Shown here in pieces: positions 38,442-47,404 of a stretch of 54,292 nt of DNA. The number at the start of each line of letters is the position of its first letter. The stretch's first letter is position 1. The stretch is taken from the IMG/VR virus record IMGVR_UViG_3300046336_000175, positions 1-54,292 of that record. The stretch is one strand, 5' to 3'. The notes under the pieces are model-generated. The model saw only the letters and a list, made by a program, of their open reading frames with translations, had not been told where the DNA came from and made no database searches. This DNA comes from a virus. Lineage: Duplodnaviria; Caudoviricetes. Made by a program: the position numbers and the translations under genes.

Positions 38442-39490
38442 TCGTCAGCTAATCTATCTGAGATCCATTCAATAGGATCTCCATCACGTGCTTTCTGAAT
38501 ACCATACGGCATCTCGTCAGCATAAAAATCATACAGCGCATCATAGAAGTCTGAACCCGAATCTAAATCCCCACCAGCCTTAAAAGCAGCATATTCTTTT
38601 GGGAATCGACCGAGAATATCATCAAGCGTACCAAATCCATAACCCTCAGCGACCTTACGGCCACCTTTTGTAATATCAGTGCGTAACTGAGCCATCTGGT
38701 TACGAATTGCGTTGCGGGTTTTTGCATCAGTAGCATCAGCCAATTCAGCCTTCAGTACTTCCAACTCATCTTTCACATCTTCAAGTGGGTTAGCACCTTC
38801 TGATACCTTCTGGCCAGCCCGCTTTTGAAGTGCACGCAGTTCTGATTTCAGTTCAGCACAGCGTTTCGGTGAAACTGTTTCGGATTCGATATCACGTTTG
38901 AGCTCCTCAATCCGATCAAAAATTTCATCTTCGGATTGTTTTTCTGTCAAACCAATTACTTTGCTAAATTCTGTCGGAGTATACGGGTATCCAGTATCAC
39001 CACCATTTTTATAAAACGTAATTTTATCGGTGTCAGGGTCAACAAAAGCAATGCCTAAGTTGCTGTTTTGATACTTGGCCATGCCAGTGTGCTTATCCGG
39101 ACCTTTGAATAAGAATTTTGCTTTTGTAAGCACATCCACAGCACCCATTTTAGTAATGTTCTCACCAGCTGTATCTTGTTCCGCTTCAACCAACTTATAG
39201 GCTTTTGCGTTTTGTTGGATGTCTTTCATAACACAGGTGACAACTTTGTCGAGTGCGTCTTTACCGAGCTTAACTTTATCTGCCAGAAGGGAGGCATCTA
39301 CCGAAGAGCGAACTTGGCCTGTAACAAGTGCCATGGGCATTTTACTGACGTCTTTGTCACCTTCACCTTTAAGGTGTTTTACGGCGGCTTGTGCCAGTGA
39401 TGTAATTTTTGCAGAGTCACCACAAATATCGGTAGCTTTCGTAGCTTCGGATAAGTTGATGTGCTCCATCAGTTTAGAGAGTAATTTCAT
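38429..39490 (-). CDS. putative capsid-internal multi-module protein
   Basis: Late promoter, MKL..E leader, repeated (L/V)xE motifs between helical segments. Confidence 0.6.
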   Translation of the reverse strand: MKLLSKLMEHINLSEATKATDICGDSAKITSLAQAAVKHLKGEGDKDVSKMPMALVTGQVRSSVDASLLADKVKLGKDALDKVVTCVMKDIQQNAKAYKLVEAEQDTAGENITKMGAVDVLTKAKFLFKGPDKHTGMAKYQNSNLGIAFVDPDTDKITFYKNGGDTGYPYTPTEFSKVIGLTEKQSEDEIFDRIEELKRDIESETVSPKRCAELKSELRALQKRAGQKVSEGANPLEDVKDELEVLKAELADATDAKTRNAIRNQMAQLRTDITKGGRKVAEGYGFGTLDDILGRFPKEYAAFKAGGDLDSGSDFYDALYDFYADEMPYGIQKARDGDPIEWISDRLADEWLN

Positions 39491-39525
39491 GTTTTCCTGT
39501 TATGAATAAAAAGAGTGGCGCGTGA

Positions 39526-39533
39526 TATTTATA
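39526..39533 (-). promoter_or_regulatory. T4-type late promoter TATAAATA
   Basis: Exact consensus overlapping the TAA stop of the upstream gene. Confidence 0.7.
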
Positions 39534-40554
39534 CAGCCAAGTTGTAGAAGCGCATCAGGCGGCTACTCAACCAATCATCAAAACTGGCCGGCGGCGTGCT
39601 GGGCAGATCCGATGTGGATTGTAACTGCTCTAGTAGAACTAATTTCTCCTGGATCTCACTCAACACATCATCTACACCAAATTTACCTGCGCGAATGTCT
39701 AATAACTTAGTTCGCTGCTCGAGGGATACGGGAAAGGTCATCGTTTTGTATTTCAACAACTCGATACCCTGATCTACAATTCTCATGCCGTGCGCAACAC
39801 CCTTCCAGTCCACGTCACCTGAATCAGCGGATGATACTGATCGAGCACCGTATTTGCTAAGTCGCTGTTTGAGTAGTTTATTCAGTTCTGGCAACTTAGT
39901 GTTGATTGGATACTGTTTGTTGAGTATTGACAGCACTCGCTGAGGGGGAGTACTGTTGGATGCTGTCTCTGCAAGTGTACTGAAGTATTTTGGGAACGAC
40001 TTGGCCAAATCCGCATACTGCAGATCAAGCCTTGCCCCCGTATCATCATCGATCAAATCTATCACGGTAGCACCTTGACGGTTTTCCGTTAGTTCAATCA
40101 ACAATTTCAGTGCACTCACGCGCTCACCTTTGACACTAAGGACATTGATCTGGTTTTGGGTATACCCAACTAGTGCGGACATGTTGGAAGTCAGATACAT
40201 CGAGGCGAGGTCGCGAGTAAACTCATACAGGTTTTTGGTATCTTGTAGAGTGGACAAATTGCGTGTATTACCATTCTTGATGATTGCAAATGCTAATTCA
40301 TATGCATATGTCTGTCCTGCAGCAAAATCTCGGGCGAAGATCTGCAGTGGAATATATTCCACATCAATATCTTCAGGCCCATTTGCTCCAACACCAGGAG
40401 ATGTCTGTTTCACACTATTAGCTAGTTTACCCCCAAGCAATAGCACACGAATATCAGGCAGCGTGATTTCTTTGAAATCGGAATCTGAGGTTGGTGTGGC
40501 GGTACCATACAACTTCGAACCATACACTGTGCGAAATAATGTTTTTTGTTTCAT
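39529..40554 (-). CDS. Pol-beta-superfamily nucleotidyltransferase
   Basis: YGSKLYGTATPTSDSDF (GS..DxD), DVEY, DWKGVAHGMR; ATG 40554. Confidence 0.8.
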   Translation of the reverse strand: MKQKTLFRTVYGSKLYGTATPTSDSDFKEITLPDIRVLLLGGKLANSVKQTSPGVGANGPEDIDVEYIPLQIFARDFAAGQTYAYELAFAIIKNGNTRNLSTLQDTKNLYEFTRDLASMYLTSNMSALVGYTQNQINVLSVKGERVSALKLLIELTENRQGATVIDLIDDDTGARLDLQYADLAKSFPKYFSTLAETASNSTPPQRVLSILNKQYPINTKLPELNKLLKQRLSKYGARSVSSADSGDVDWKGVAHGMRIVDQGIELLKYKTMTFPVSLEQRTKLLDIRAGKFGVDDVLSEIQEKLVLLEQLQSTSDLPSTPPASFDDWLSSRLMRFYNLAV

Positions 40555-40561
40555 ATCCCCT

Positions 40562-40589
40562 ACTATACTCAATATCTACTAAAAGTCAA
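40562..40589 (-). promoter_or_regulatory. sigma70-type early promoter
   Basis: TTGACT, 16 nt, TATAGT on - strand. Confidence 0.6.
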
Positions 40590-40593
40590 CACA

Positions 40594-40797
40594 CTATTTC
40601 ACATCAGGAGCAATAGTTAATCGCACGAGTGATGATACATTAGTACGCAGTTTGATAATTTCTGCGGCCGCTTCATCTAGCAGAGCGGCAATGCGATCTG
40701 GTTGATTCTCCTGAACACTCTTGCGGTGTGGAATGTTCCGGCGGATCTCTGCGCGCTTACGCAGTCTGAATACAATATCATCTTCTAGTATTAGCAT
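40594..40797 (-). CDS. small phage protein
   Basis: LRKRAEIRR..RKSVQE..DRIAALLDEAA; ATG 40797. Confidence 0.7.
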   Translation of the reverse strand: MLILEDDIVFRLRKRAEIRRNIPHRKSVQENQPDRIAALLDEAAAEIIKLRTNVSSLVRLTIAPDVK

Positions 40798-40798
40798 A

Positions 40799-41275
40799 TC
40801 AACTAGCGAACACTTGTTCAATTATTTTTTCATACAACATATTAACAACAGGTTTGTGTAATTCCCGCCCAATCTCCATGAACGCATCATACGTCAACCA
40901 AACAACTGATTCAGTCTCGGAACTAAAGTTACCAAACGCAGACCGTTCCCCAACTTCGAAAGCATAGATGTGTGTGCGGCCTAGTACCACCCCACCCTCG
41001 ATTGTGTACCGAATGTTATCAGGAAGGAGCCCGAGTTCTTCTCCACACTCACGAAGCGCGGCGGCTTCAGGAAGTTCATATTGTTCAACTCTACCCTTAG
41101 CAATTTGGGGCATCTTTAGTTCTGGCACCTCTTTATTGTAGGTCGTTGTCGTTGGGATCATGAACAACATCTCAATTGCACCAGTGTCTGCACACAGTGT
41201 ATATGGAATTCCGCCAGCTCTCCAGGTCTGGTGCCTAGTATTCAAAAAATCCTTCTGAGGTGTATTGGTATTCAT
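40799..41275 (-). CDS. NUDIX hydrolase
   Basis: KGRVEQYELPEAAALRECGEELGL Nudix box. Confidence 0.85.
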   Translation of the reverse strand: MNTNTPQKDFLNTRHQTWRAGGIPYTLCADTGAIEMLFMIPTTTTYNKEVPELKMPQIAKGRVEQYELPEAAALRECGEELGLLPDNIRYTIEGGVVLGRTHIYAFEVGERSAFGNFSSETESVVWLTYDAFMEIGRELHKPVVNMLYEKIIEQVFAS

Positions 41276-41628
41276 CGCGATTCCCAACGAGTGAAGCTAC
41301 CGTTCTCACCATCTTCGGATACTTCACACGCAGATAGGTCGAAGTTTGTGTGGAGATTCTCTGCAATTGATTCACAGGACATCCTACCAAATACGTGGGA
41401 TTGTTTTTGTTCGTCCCAATACATATCGCGCAAAAATTTTACCAGCGTGTGCTTGAACATAATGAATTCAACATCACGATCATCATGATTGACTAGTTTG
41501 TAGGCCTTGATATGGAATACGTGCCGGTGTAATGGACGAAGAAAATCAACCTCATCGAATGGACACTCTGGCCAGTTGTGGAGTCCATCTACACACAGCG
41601 TGCAGAATACTTCAGTAATTTGTTTCAT
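41272..41628 (-). CDS. QueD/PTPS-like T-fold protein
   Basis: GLHNW..HRHVFH metal motif, SCESIA, VSEDGENG; near queE. Confidence 0.7.
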   Translation of the reverse strand: MKQITEVFCTLCVDGLHNWPECPFDEVDFLRPLHRHVFHIKAYKLVNHDDRDVEFIMFKHTLVKFLRDMYWDEQKQSHVFGRMSCESIAENLHTNFDLSACEVSEDGENGSFTRWESR

Positions 41629-41629
41629 A

Positions 41630-41971
41630 TTAGATTGCCTTCCCACAGGGAATTGAAGTTAGTAATCGAGCAACAAGTAATTGTTCGTATTGATATTGTT
41701 GTAGTTTTGATGGAATGGTATCAGGGGTTTTGCCTACAAGACCCGTGACTATGTGTGTAGCGAGATCTGTAGACGAGAATTCAGAGGGTGGGCACAAACG
41801 TTTGGACGTCAACTGATCGTATACAATAGCTCCATCCATTATGCCCCGAGAATAAATTATAACTGTTGATGGATTAGATTGAATAAAACCCAGAATGTCT
41901 TCCATACTGGTACTGGATGCGCTAGTGACAGCAAGTGCTAAAAATATTGGTACAGTGAATTTAGTGAGCAT
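41630..41971 (-). CDS. exported protein, Rap1a/Tai-immunity-like
   Basis: Signal-peptide-like start MLTKFTVPIFLALAVTSASS; YxxGxxD..CxP..PC pattern. Confidence 0.5.
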   Translation of the reverse strand: MLTKFTVPIFLALAVTSASSTSMEDILGFIQSNPSTVIIYSRGIMDGAIVYDQLTSKRLCPPSEFSSTDLATHIVTGLVGKTPDTIPSKLQQYQYEQLLVARLLTSIPCGKAI

Positions 41972-42031
41972 GTGGATGAAAAATGAAAATGGAGCAACAT
42001 TTAGTATAAGAATAAACCACTCTGGTCTCAA

Positions 42032-42463
42032 TCAACCGTTGTACAGATCAATTCCAGCAAGTTGATCCTCCAAATCATTCTCTTCGTCACTAATCTCAAA
42101 CTCTTCTTCTACCAAAAATGGCGCAAGTTTTTTCATAACATCAGCACTATACACAATATTTTTATTGATAGTCTGAATGTATGCTAGATACATTGGGTCT
42201 TGATTGAAGATAAATTTCAGAGTCTTGCCGTTGTACTTCCCAAACGTCAATTTATCCTTCCACCCAAGTGCGATCTCCTCGACAAACTTTTCTTTTGCAG
42301 CGCTTTTATTGGACTTATCCAAGCTAGGCGCAGACTTGGTAAGCACCTTGCGTACTTTTTTAAGCATAGGAACATCCGGCTTAGCAGGCTTCTCCAACTG
42401 CTTTCGGATCTGCTGCAATCTCGGTGTCGATTTAGGAAAACTGAGAGCTTGATTGAGAGTCAT
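42032..42463 (-). CDS. protein with FGKYxG (exonuclease X C-terminal-like) domain
   Basis: LTFGKYNGKTL..DPMYL; basic N-terminus, acidic tail; start uncertain. Confidence 0.6.
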   Translation of the reverse strand: MTLNQALSFPKSTPRLQQIRKQLEKPAKPDVPMLKKVRKVLTKSAPSLDKSNKSAAKEKFVEEIALGWKDKLTFGKYNGKTLKFIFNQDPMYLAYIQTINKNIVYSADVMKKLAPFLVEEEFEISDEENDLEDQLAGIDLYNG

Positions 42464-42797
42464 CTTTTGCACCTTGCCAGTATTGTTTACCCTTTTTCTC
42501 ATTGAGAGATGCACAAGCTACACAGATTACCGCATTTGGGCTTGCTTTCCAGACTAATTTATCACCAACCTCAACTTGCATCATCAGCGCCTTGACGCGC
42601 TGCATCGGAATATCCTCACCACACTGTTGACACTCTTGATCTTCTACGACATCAGCCGGGCAAGTAATACCGTCTAGTGTGATTAACTTAGCATTTACAC
42701 GGGCGATGGCTTGTTCACGTGTCCGTAGTTCAATCAGTTGAGCTTGCTCCTCTGCTTCGATAGGGACATCATATTCGATTGGTTCTTTATTTGACAT
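42432..42797 (-). CDS. DksA/TraR-type C4 zinc finger protein
   Basis: CQQCGEDIPMQRVKAL..CVAC. Confidence 0.75.
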   Translation of the reverse strand: MSNKEPIEYDVPIEAEEQAQLIELRTREQAIARVNAKLITLDGITCPADVVEDQECQQCGEDIPMQRVKALMMQVEVGDKLVWKASPNAVICVACASLNEKKGKQYWQGAKDDSQSSSQFS

Positions 42798-42883
42798 TTT
42801 GGTTTACAGGGTTGGGATTTTAGATATACCCCAGATTGCTGGGGTATTTAATGTGTTGGTTAAATTTAATTGGGGTTTGGTAA

Positions 42884-43777
42884 TTAAGTACCAACAATAT
42901 TGTCCCAGAGGACATTTTGAATTCGATGAGAATATAAAAAGCCGTACTCCAAACACAGCTCAGCTACTTCACGAGCGACATCCGTCTGCTGTTGACCTGT
43001 ACATGCCATCGGCATTGCCCAGATTTGAGTGTCCTGAGGAATACCAGCTGCCCAGTATTCATCCATGGCTCTCAACACTTCATCAAATGACTCTCTCGTG
43101 TTCGTTACAACAAACTTGAAGTACTGATCGACTTGATTGATATTACGAATATTCATTTGATTTACCGCAATTTGTGGCTTAATTGCCTTACTCCACGGTT
43201 CACCACTGACTGACAACTTTGGAGAATTACTCCACGTCCAACGCCGGGAGGCATCTTCGCTCAACCATTCGTCGATTTGCTGAGTGAATGATTCTTTGAA
43301 TGGGACAGCACAGTTGGTCTCCATCAGGATGTGTTGACAACCAGACATAGCCGGATCACGAAAAATTTCATGTAGCCACTTCCACTGCATCGTGGGCTCC
43401 CCGCCTGTAATACTGAAAATAACTGGTAGATTAGTTTTCGGGTGCAGCCAACTTTGGTGCGGCAATTTACTGACTAGTTCGGCAGCAAGTTCAGAGCCGG
43501 TCATCTTAGCCCACGTGTGCCGAAATTCCGGCGAAACGGAATACTGCGAATCACATCCTGCGCTAATGAATGGCATGGCTTTGATGTTACTATAATCACT
43601 TGGATTGAACGTCAACGTCGCATAACCATTGGCGGTTACTTGGTTATCAGGATTATTAAATTTTGGACATTTGAAATTACAGACTGCTAATCTAGCATAT
43701 ACTGTCGGGTGGAACGTATACTTAGACTCGCCTTCAAGAGACATAAATACCTCGCTTACTTCAAAAACATTACTCAT
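42884..43777 (-). CDS. queE: 7-carboxy-7-deazaguanine synthase QueE-like radical SAM protein
   Basis: EVFMSLEGE..PTVYARL..CNFKC..GCDS, ITGGEP, METN, SNSPKL, FKFVV. Confidence 0.8.
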   Translation of the reverse strand: MSNVFEVSEVFMSLEGESKYTFHPTVYARLAVCNFKCPKFNNPDNQVTANGYATLTFNPSDYSNIKAMPFISAGCDSQYSVSPEFRHTWAKMTGSELAAELVSKLPHQSWLHPKTNLPVIFSITGGEPTMQWKWLHEIFRDPAMSGCQHILMETNCAVPFKESFTQQIDEWLSEDASRRWTWSNSPKLSVSGEPWSKAIKPQIAVNQMNIRNINQVDQYFKFVVTNTRESFDEVLRAMDEYWAAGIPQDTQIWAMPMACTGQQQTDVAREVAELCLEYGFLYSHRIQNVLWDNIVGT

Positions 43778-43807
43778 TTAGATTGCCTTTCTTATTAACA
43801 GACAGTA

Positions 43808-43836
43808 ATCTTACACTCAAATAACTTTGTCGCCAA
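43808..43836 (-). promoter_or_regulatory. candidate sigma70 promoter for queE
   Basis: TTGGCG, 17 nt, TAAGAT on - strand in the 63-nt divergent gap. Confidence 0.4.
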
Positions 43837-43840
43837 CAGT

Positions 43841-46102
43841 ATGACACACATCCCCAATTTTACCAATATATTAGAAGAATATAAAACAACGAAAACAACG
43901 CATTTACCCAAGAAATACCCCGAAGCATATGAGTACATTGTAGATGCTACTAAATTTCTGCCTCCGGGAGTTTCTTCTACACAACGATTGTGGCATTTTT
44001 GGAATAGTTGCTTTGCCATACCAAAATGTGCAAATTGCGCTAATGGTGTGAAATGGGATATTGTCACACAAACCTACAGGAAATTTTGTGGGATGACTTG
44101 CTCCGCCCGCTGGATCGCCGCTCAGAAGGCTCCACTACACGGGAAACCACCAATGTGTTCTGTGCCATCTTGCAATAAACCAGTAATATGGACATCAGTG
44201 GGTGGTAGGTGGCGAACGACGTGCTCAGTAGAGTGTGCGGCAAGTACACGACAAAACGTTGTGTGTAGCGAATCACAAGTTAGGTTGGTCCTTGCTTCAT
44301 TGGATTCAAAGTTTGACATGCGTACTTTTGCACCAAAGTATCGAGCTGAGTATAACAAAATCAAAGATATGACTAAGCACCTTCCGGAAGCTTATCAGCT
44401 AAAAGAGCGAATTTACTGGGTTCGAACTGGGCGAGATTACGTAGCCAATCAGCGCGATACTCACAAAAAGACAAAAGAGGATAAACTAGCAAAGACCCAC
44501 GAACGAAAGCAGTGCGAAGTGGAGAAGAAGCGGTTAGCCCAATCAGTTAAAAAGACTGATCGAGAGCTGGCAAGGGATGCTAAGATTCGGCCGACGGGGC
44601 CGGCGCGGTGTTGTGGTGTATGCAATGCTACAGAAGTGTTGTGGAGTAGCAACAAGGCAACATTCTTACTCTGGTGCTCACCCACGTGCCGAAGCAGGCG
44701 TCCTGAGGTGGAAGCAAAAAGATTGGCCACGTGCGTAGAGAAGTATGGAGATATTACGTCTGCGAGAAATTCAGATGTTAAGCAACGTAAAAATGAAACC
44801 TGTTTAGCTAGATATGGAGCAATCACACCTTTACACGATCCCATTATATCCAAGAACATTCGAGCTCACATGTTGGAAAATTATGGTAGCGAACACGCTG
44901 GTTCTAGCCCCATAATCCAAGCCAAAGTTAAGTCTACTTTAGCAGACAAATATGGTGTTTCAAATTTTGGGGAAATCCGAAAGGTGGCGGCGGTGTTACA
45001 GCGTGCCCAGAAGACCAGGATCGATAGGTGGTGGCCGAACCGGATGGAGAACATGTCTGATCAAATAACTCCCGAATATGAAGTTGGTGATTACACTCAC
45101 CGAACAGAACTAATGCCGTACAAGTGTGTCGATTGTAGTACTGGTTTCTTATCAATGTTAATGGATGGTAGTACCCCAAGATGTCAGACATGTTATCCAC
45201 TGTTCGGAGGTAGAAGTAGAAAGGAAAAGCAGATTACGGAACACTTGACAACAAATCACATCAAATTTGTTGAAAATACCAGAAAAATAATAGCGCCCCG
45301 CGAGCTGGACGTGTTTATTCCAGATAAATCAGTAGCTATAGAGTTTAATGGATTATTTTGGCACAGTGTAAACAACTACACGAAAATTGATGCTGGGTAT
45401 CACCTAAACAAGACACTAGCGTGCGAAGCAGCAGGTGTCCAGCTACTCCACGTGTTTGAAGATGAATGGGACAATAAATCGGATATTGTTAAATCGGTGA
45501 TCAATGCTAAATTAGGAATGTTTGAAGTTAGGATATATGCTCGTAAGTGCCAGGTAGTGCAACTAACGGCTGCTGAGTGTAATCAATTTTTAGTTGCCAA
45601 CCACATTCAAGGGGCAGATTTAAGTTCTGTCCGATTGGGACTGATGTACGACAACAAACTAACAGCTGTAATGACTTTTGGTAAATCGAGGTTTAACAAA
45701 AATTATGAGTATGAAATGTATAGATTTTGCACAAAACTCAACACACAAATCGTCGGTGGTGCTGCTAAACTACTATCACACTTTTCAACTCAGTACAAAC
45801 CCACCAGCATAATATCATACGCCGATAGACGTTACTCAACAGGAGGGTTGTACAACGCTCTCGGATTCACGCGGTTGCACTCCAGCAAACCAGCATATCA
45901 ATACGTCAAATCCACTAAAGGGGATGGTGGGAATTACACAAGGCGATTTAACCGCACCCAGTTCCAAAAACACAAGTTATCGAAAGTGCTGAGTGTATTC
46001 GATCCCAACCTCACAGAGGCGGTCAATATGCACAATAACGGATACCACAAAATATATGATTGTGGTACTCACGTATTTGTCAAAACATTTGTTATTCCTT
46101 AG
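43841..46102 (+). CDS. Hef-like free-standing homing endonuclease, inverted relative to neighbours
   Basis: Zn motifs and (K/R/N)YG repeats, ELDVFIP..AIEFNGLFWH nuclease, C-terminal IYARKC..GGAAKLL..SYADRR..LGF GNAT-like domain. Confidence 0.8.
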   Translation: MTHIPNFTNILEEYKTTKTTHLPKKYPEAYEYIVDATKFLPPGVSSTQRLWHFWNSCFAIPKCANCANGVKWDIVTQTYRKFCGMTCSARWIAAQKAPLHGKPPMCSVPSCNKPVIWTSVGGRWRTTCSVECAASTRQNVVCSESQVRLVLASLDSKFDMRTFAPKYRAEYNKIKDMTKHLPEAYQLKERIYWVRTGRDYVANQRDTHKKTKEDKLAKTHERKQCEVEKKRLAQSVKKTDRELARDAKIRPTGPARCCGVCNATEVLWSSNKATFLLWCSPTCRSRRPEVEAKRLATCVEKYGDITSARNSDVKQRKNETCLARYGAITPLHDPIISKNIRAHMLENYGSEHAGSSPIIQAKVKSTLADKYGVSNFGEIRKVAAVLQRAQKTRIDRWWPNRMENMSDQITPEYEVGDYTHRTELMPYKCVDCSTGFLSMLMDGSTPRCQTCYPLFGGRSRKEKQITEHLTTNHIKFVENTRKIIAPRELDVFIPDKSVAIEFNGLFWHSVNNYTKIDAGYHLNKTLACEAAGVQLLHVFEDEWDNKSDIVKSVINAKLGMFEVRIYARKCQVVQLTAAECNQFLVANHIQGADLSSVRLGLMYDNKLTAVMTFGKSRFNKNYEYEMYRFCTKLNTQIVGGAAKLLSHFSTQYKPTSIISYADRRYSTGGLYNALGFTRLHSSKPAYQYVKSTKGDGGNYTRRFNRTQFQKHKLSKVLSVFDPNLTEAVNMHNNGYHKIYDCGTHVFVKTFVIP

Positions 46103-46106
46103 TGAG

Positions 46107-46131
46107 AAAAAAGGCCCTTGGGGGCCTTTTT
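46107..46131. terminator. bidirectional intrinsic terminator
   Basis: A6-GGCCC-TTGG-GGGCC-T5 between convergent genes. Confidence 0.85.
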
Positions 46132-46140
46132 CATATTGGT

Positions 46141-46395
46141 TCATAGTGGTTTAATTGATGGTAATTGTCCAGGTTGTTGTGGTGGAAGTTGTGGCCCGAT
46201 CACCGGACTATTACCTGGTTTACCAAATTGCACAGAAGAGTTCCCATTCCTATTGGTAGCATGTATTGTATCGATTAGTGCAGTTGTCAGCAACGCAATA
46301 TGCTCATACAAATTGTTCAAATTTGCAGCATCTTTCTGACACCTCTCCCAAGATGTATCTAGTCGTGCCTGTAATTTCTTGATGTCAATTGCCAT
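46141..46395 (-). CDS. hypothetical protein
   Basis: GGAGG upstream; overlaps RNase H end. Confidence 0.65.
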   Translation of the reverse strand: MAIDIKKLQARLDTSWERCQKDAANLNNLYEHIALLTTALIDTIHATNRNGNSSVQFGKPGNSPVIGPQLPPQQPGQLPSIKPL

Positions 46396-47404
46396 CTTTA
46401 TACCCTCCTGCGAATAGGGGCCTGAAGTTTTTCAGATCCTCGACTATTCTATTCAACTTATGTTTTGTACAAAACGCTGAAATCTTCCAGAAATTATAAG
46501 TTCGAGTTCGGTTCAAGTCTTCATTAATTGTAGTATGAATGAGGTCTCGAATGAATTCTGGTTGGCGAGTCAGATCCATCAACAACATATTTTCTTCTAA
46601 TAACTGACTGACGATTACTTTGGGTGGCAATTCATCTGTTGGCTCTGCACCTTCTAGTAGCAACTCTCGTGTTGCTGACCCACCCAGGTGGACTACAGAT
46701 TCACTCATCAAATTTGCCATCTCATATGCATCGGAGTACGCCTTCTTCAGCCGTGTTGCTCTAATACCGGGCAATATATTAAGGATGTTATCAGCCTTAT
46801 CACCCCGCATTGCCTTTTCAAACAGAAAGTATTTCGGATCATCACACTCAATTATCTTACCTGAGGTAAAATTACAAATAGACGTAGTAGTTGTCGTCAA
46901 CTGAGTCATATCAGAATCATTAGTCATGATGATATTGATTTCATTGGGAAACATCTGGACAAAACCAGCGATGCAGTCGTCTGCTTCCAGCTTGTCCGCC
47001 GCGAGTGTAATAATTCCCGTTTCTTTACGTAGCATTTCTTCAAACTGTACCATATGATCAATTAGATCAGCAAATTCTTTTGCTTGTGTCGGTGTCTGAT
47101 TCTGCCGTCTCTGTCCTTTGTATGGCAGTTGGGAAAGCGCAGCGCTTGACTTCATGTATAATTTGCGCCAATTGTTTGGCCTATCGAAGCAGGCCACCAC
47201 CCGCTTTGGTCGGAACTCTCTACAGTATTTGTTCATTGATTGGATAGCGGCGTGCATTGCGATCCCAACTCCTCCATCCTCGGGGGGAGTATCATCTAGG
47301 AAGTTGGAGCGCCGGTAGCTCGGAACCTTCTTGGACGCATGAAAGGTCCGGTAGATCATACCGGACACGTCGAATATCAAATTGTCTACACGGTTAGTCG
47401 TCAT
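46385..47404 (-). CDS. rnh: RNase H / 5'-3' (FEN-like) exonuclease
   Basis: LIFD, ACFD..NWRK, YKGQR, LEADD, NDSDMTQL, RGDKADNI..PGI. Confidence 0.85.
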   Translation of the reverse strand: MTTNRVDNLIFDVSGMIYRTFHASKKVPSYRRSNFLDDTPPEDGGVGIAMHAAIQSMNKYCREFRPKRVVACFDRPNNWRKLYMKSSAALSQLPYKGQRRQNQTPTQAKEFADLIDHMVQFEEMLRKETGIITLAADKLEADDCIAGFVQMFPNEINIIMTNDSDMTQLTTTTTSICNFTSGKIIECDDPKYFLFEKAMRGDKADNILNILPGIRATRLKKAYSDAYEMANLMSESVVHLGGSATRELLLEGAEPTDELPPKVIVSQLLEENMLLMDLTRQPEFIRDLIHTTINEDLNRTRTYNFWKISAFCTKHKLNRIVEDLKNFRPLFAGGYKDGN

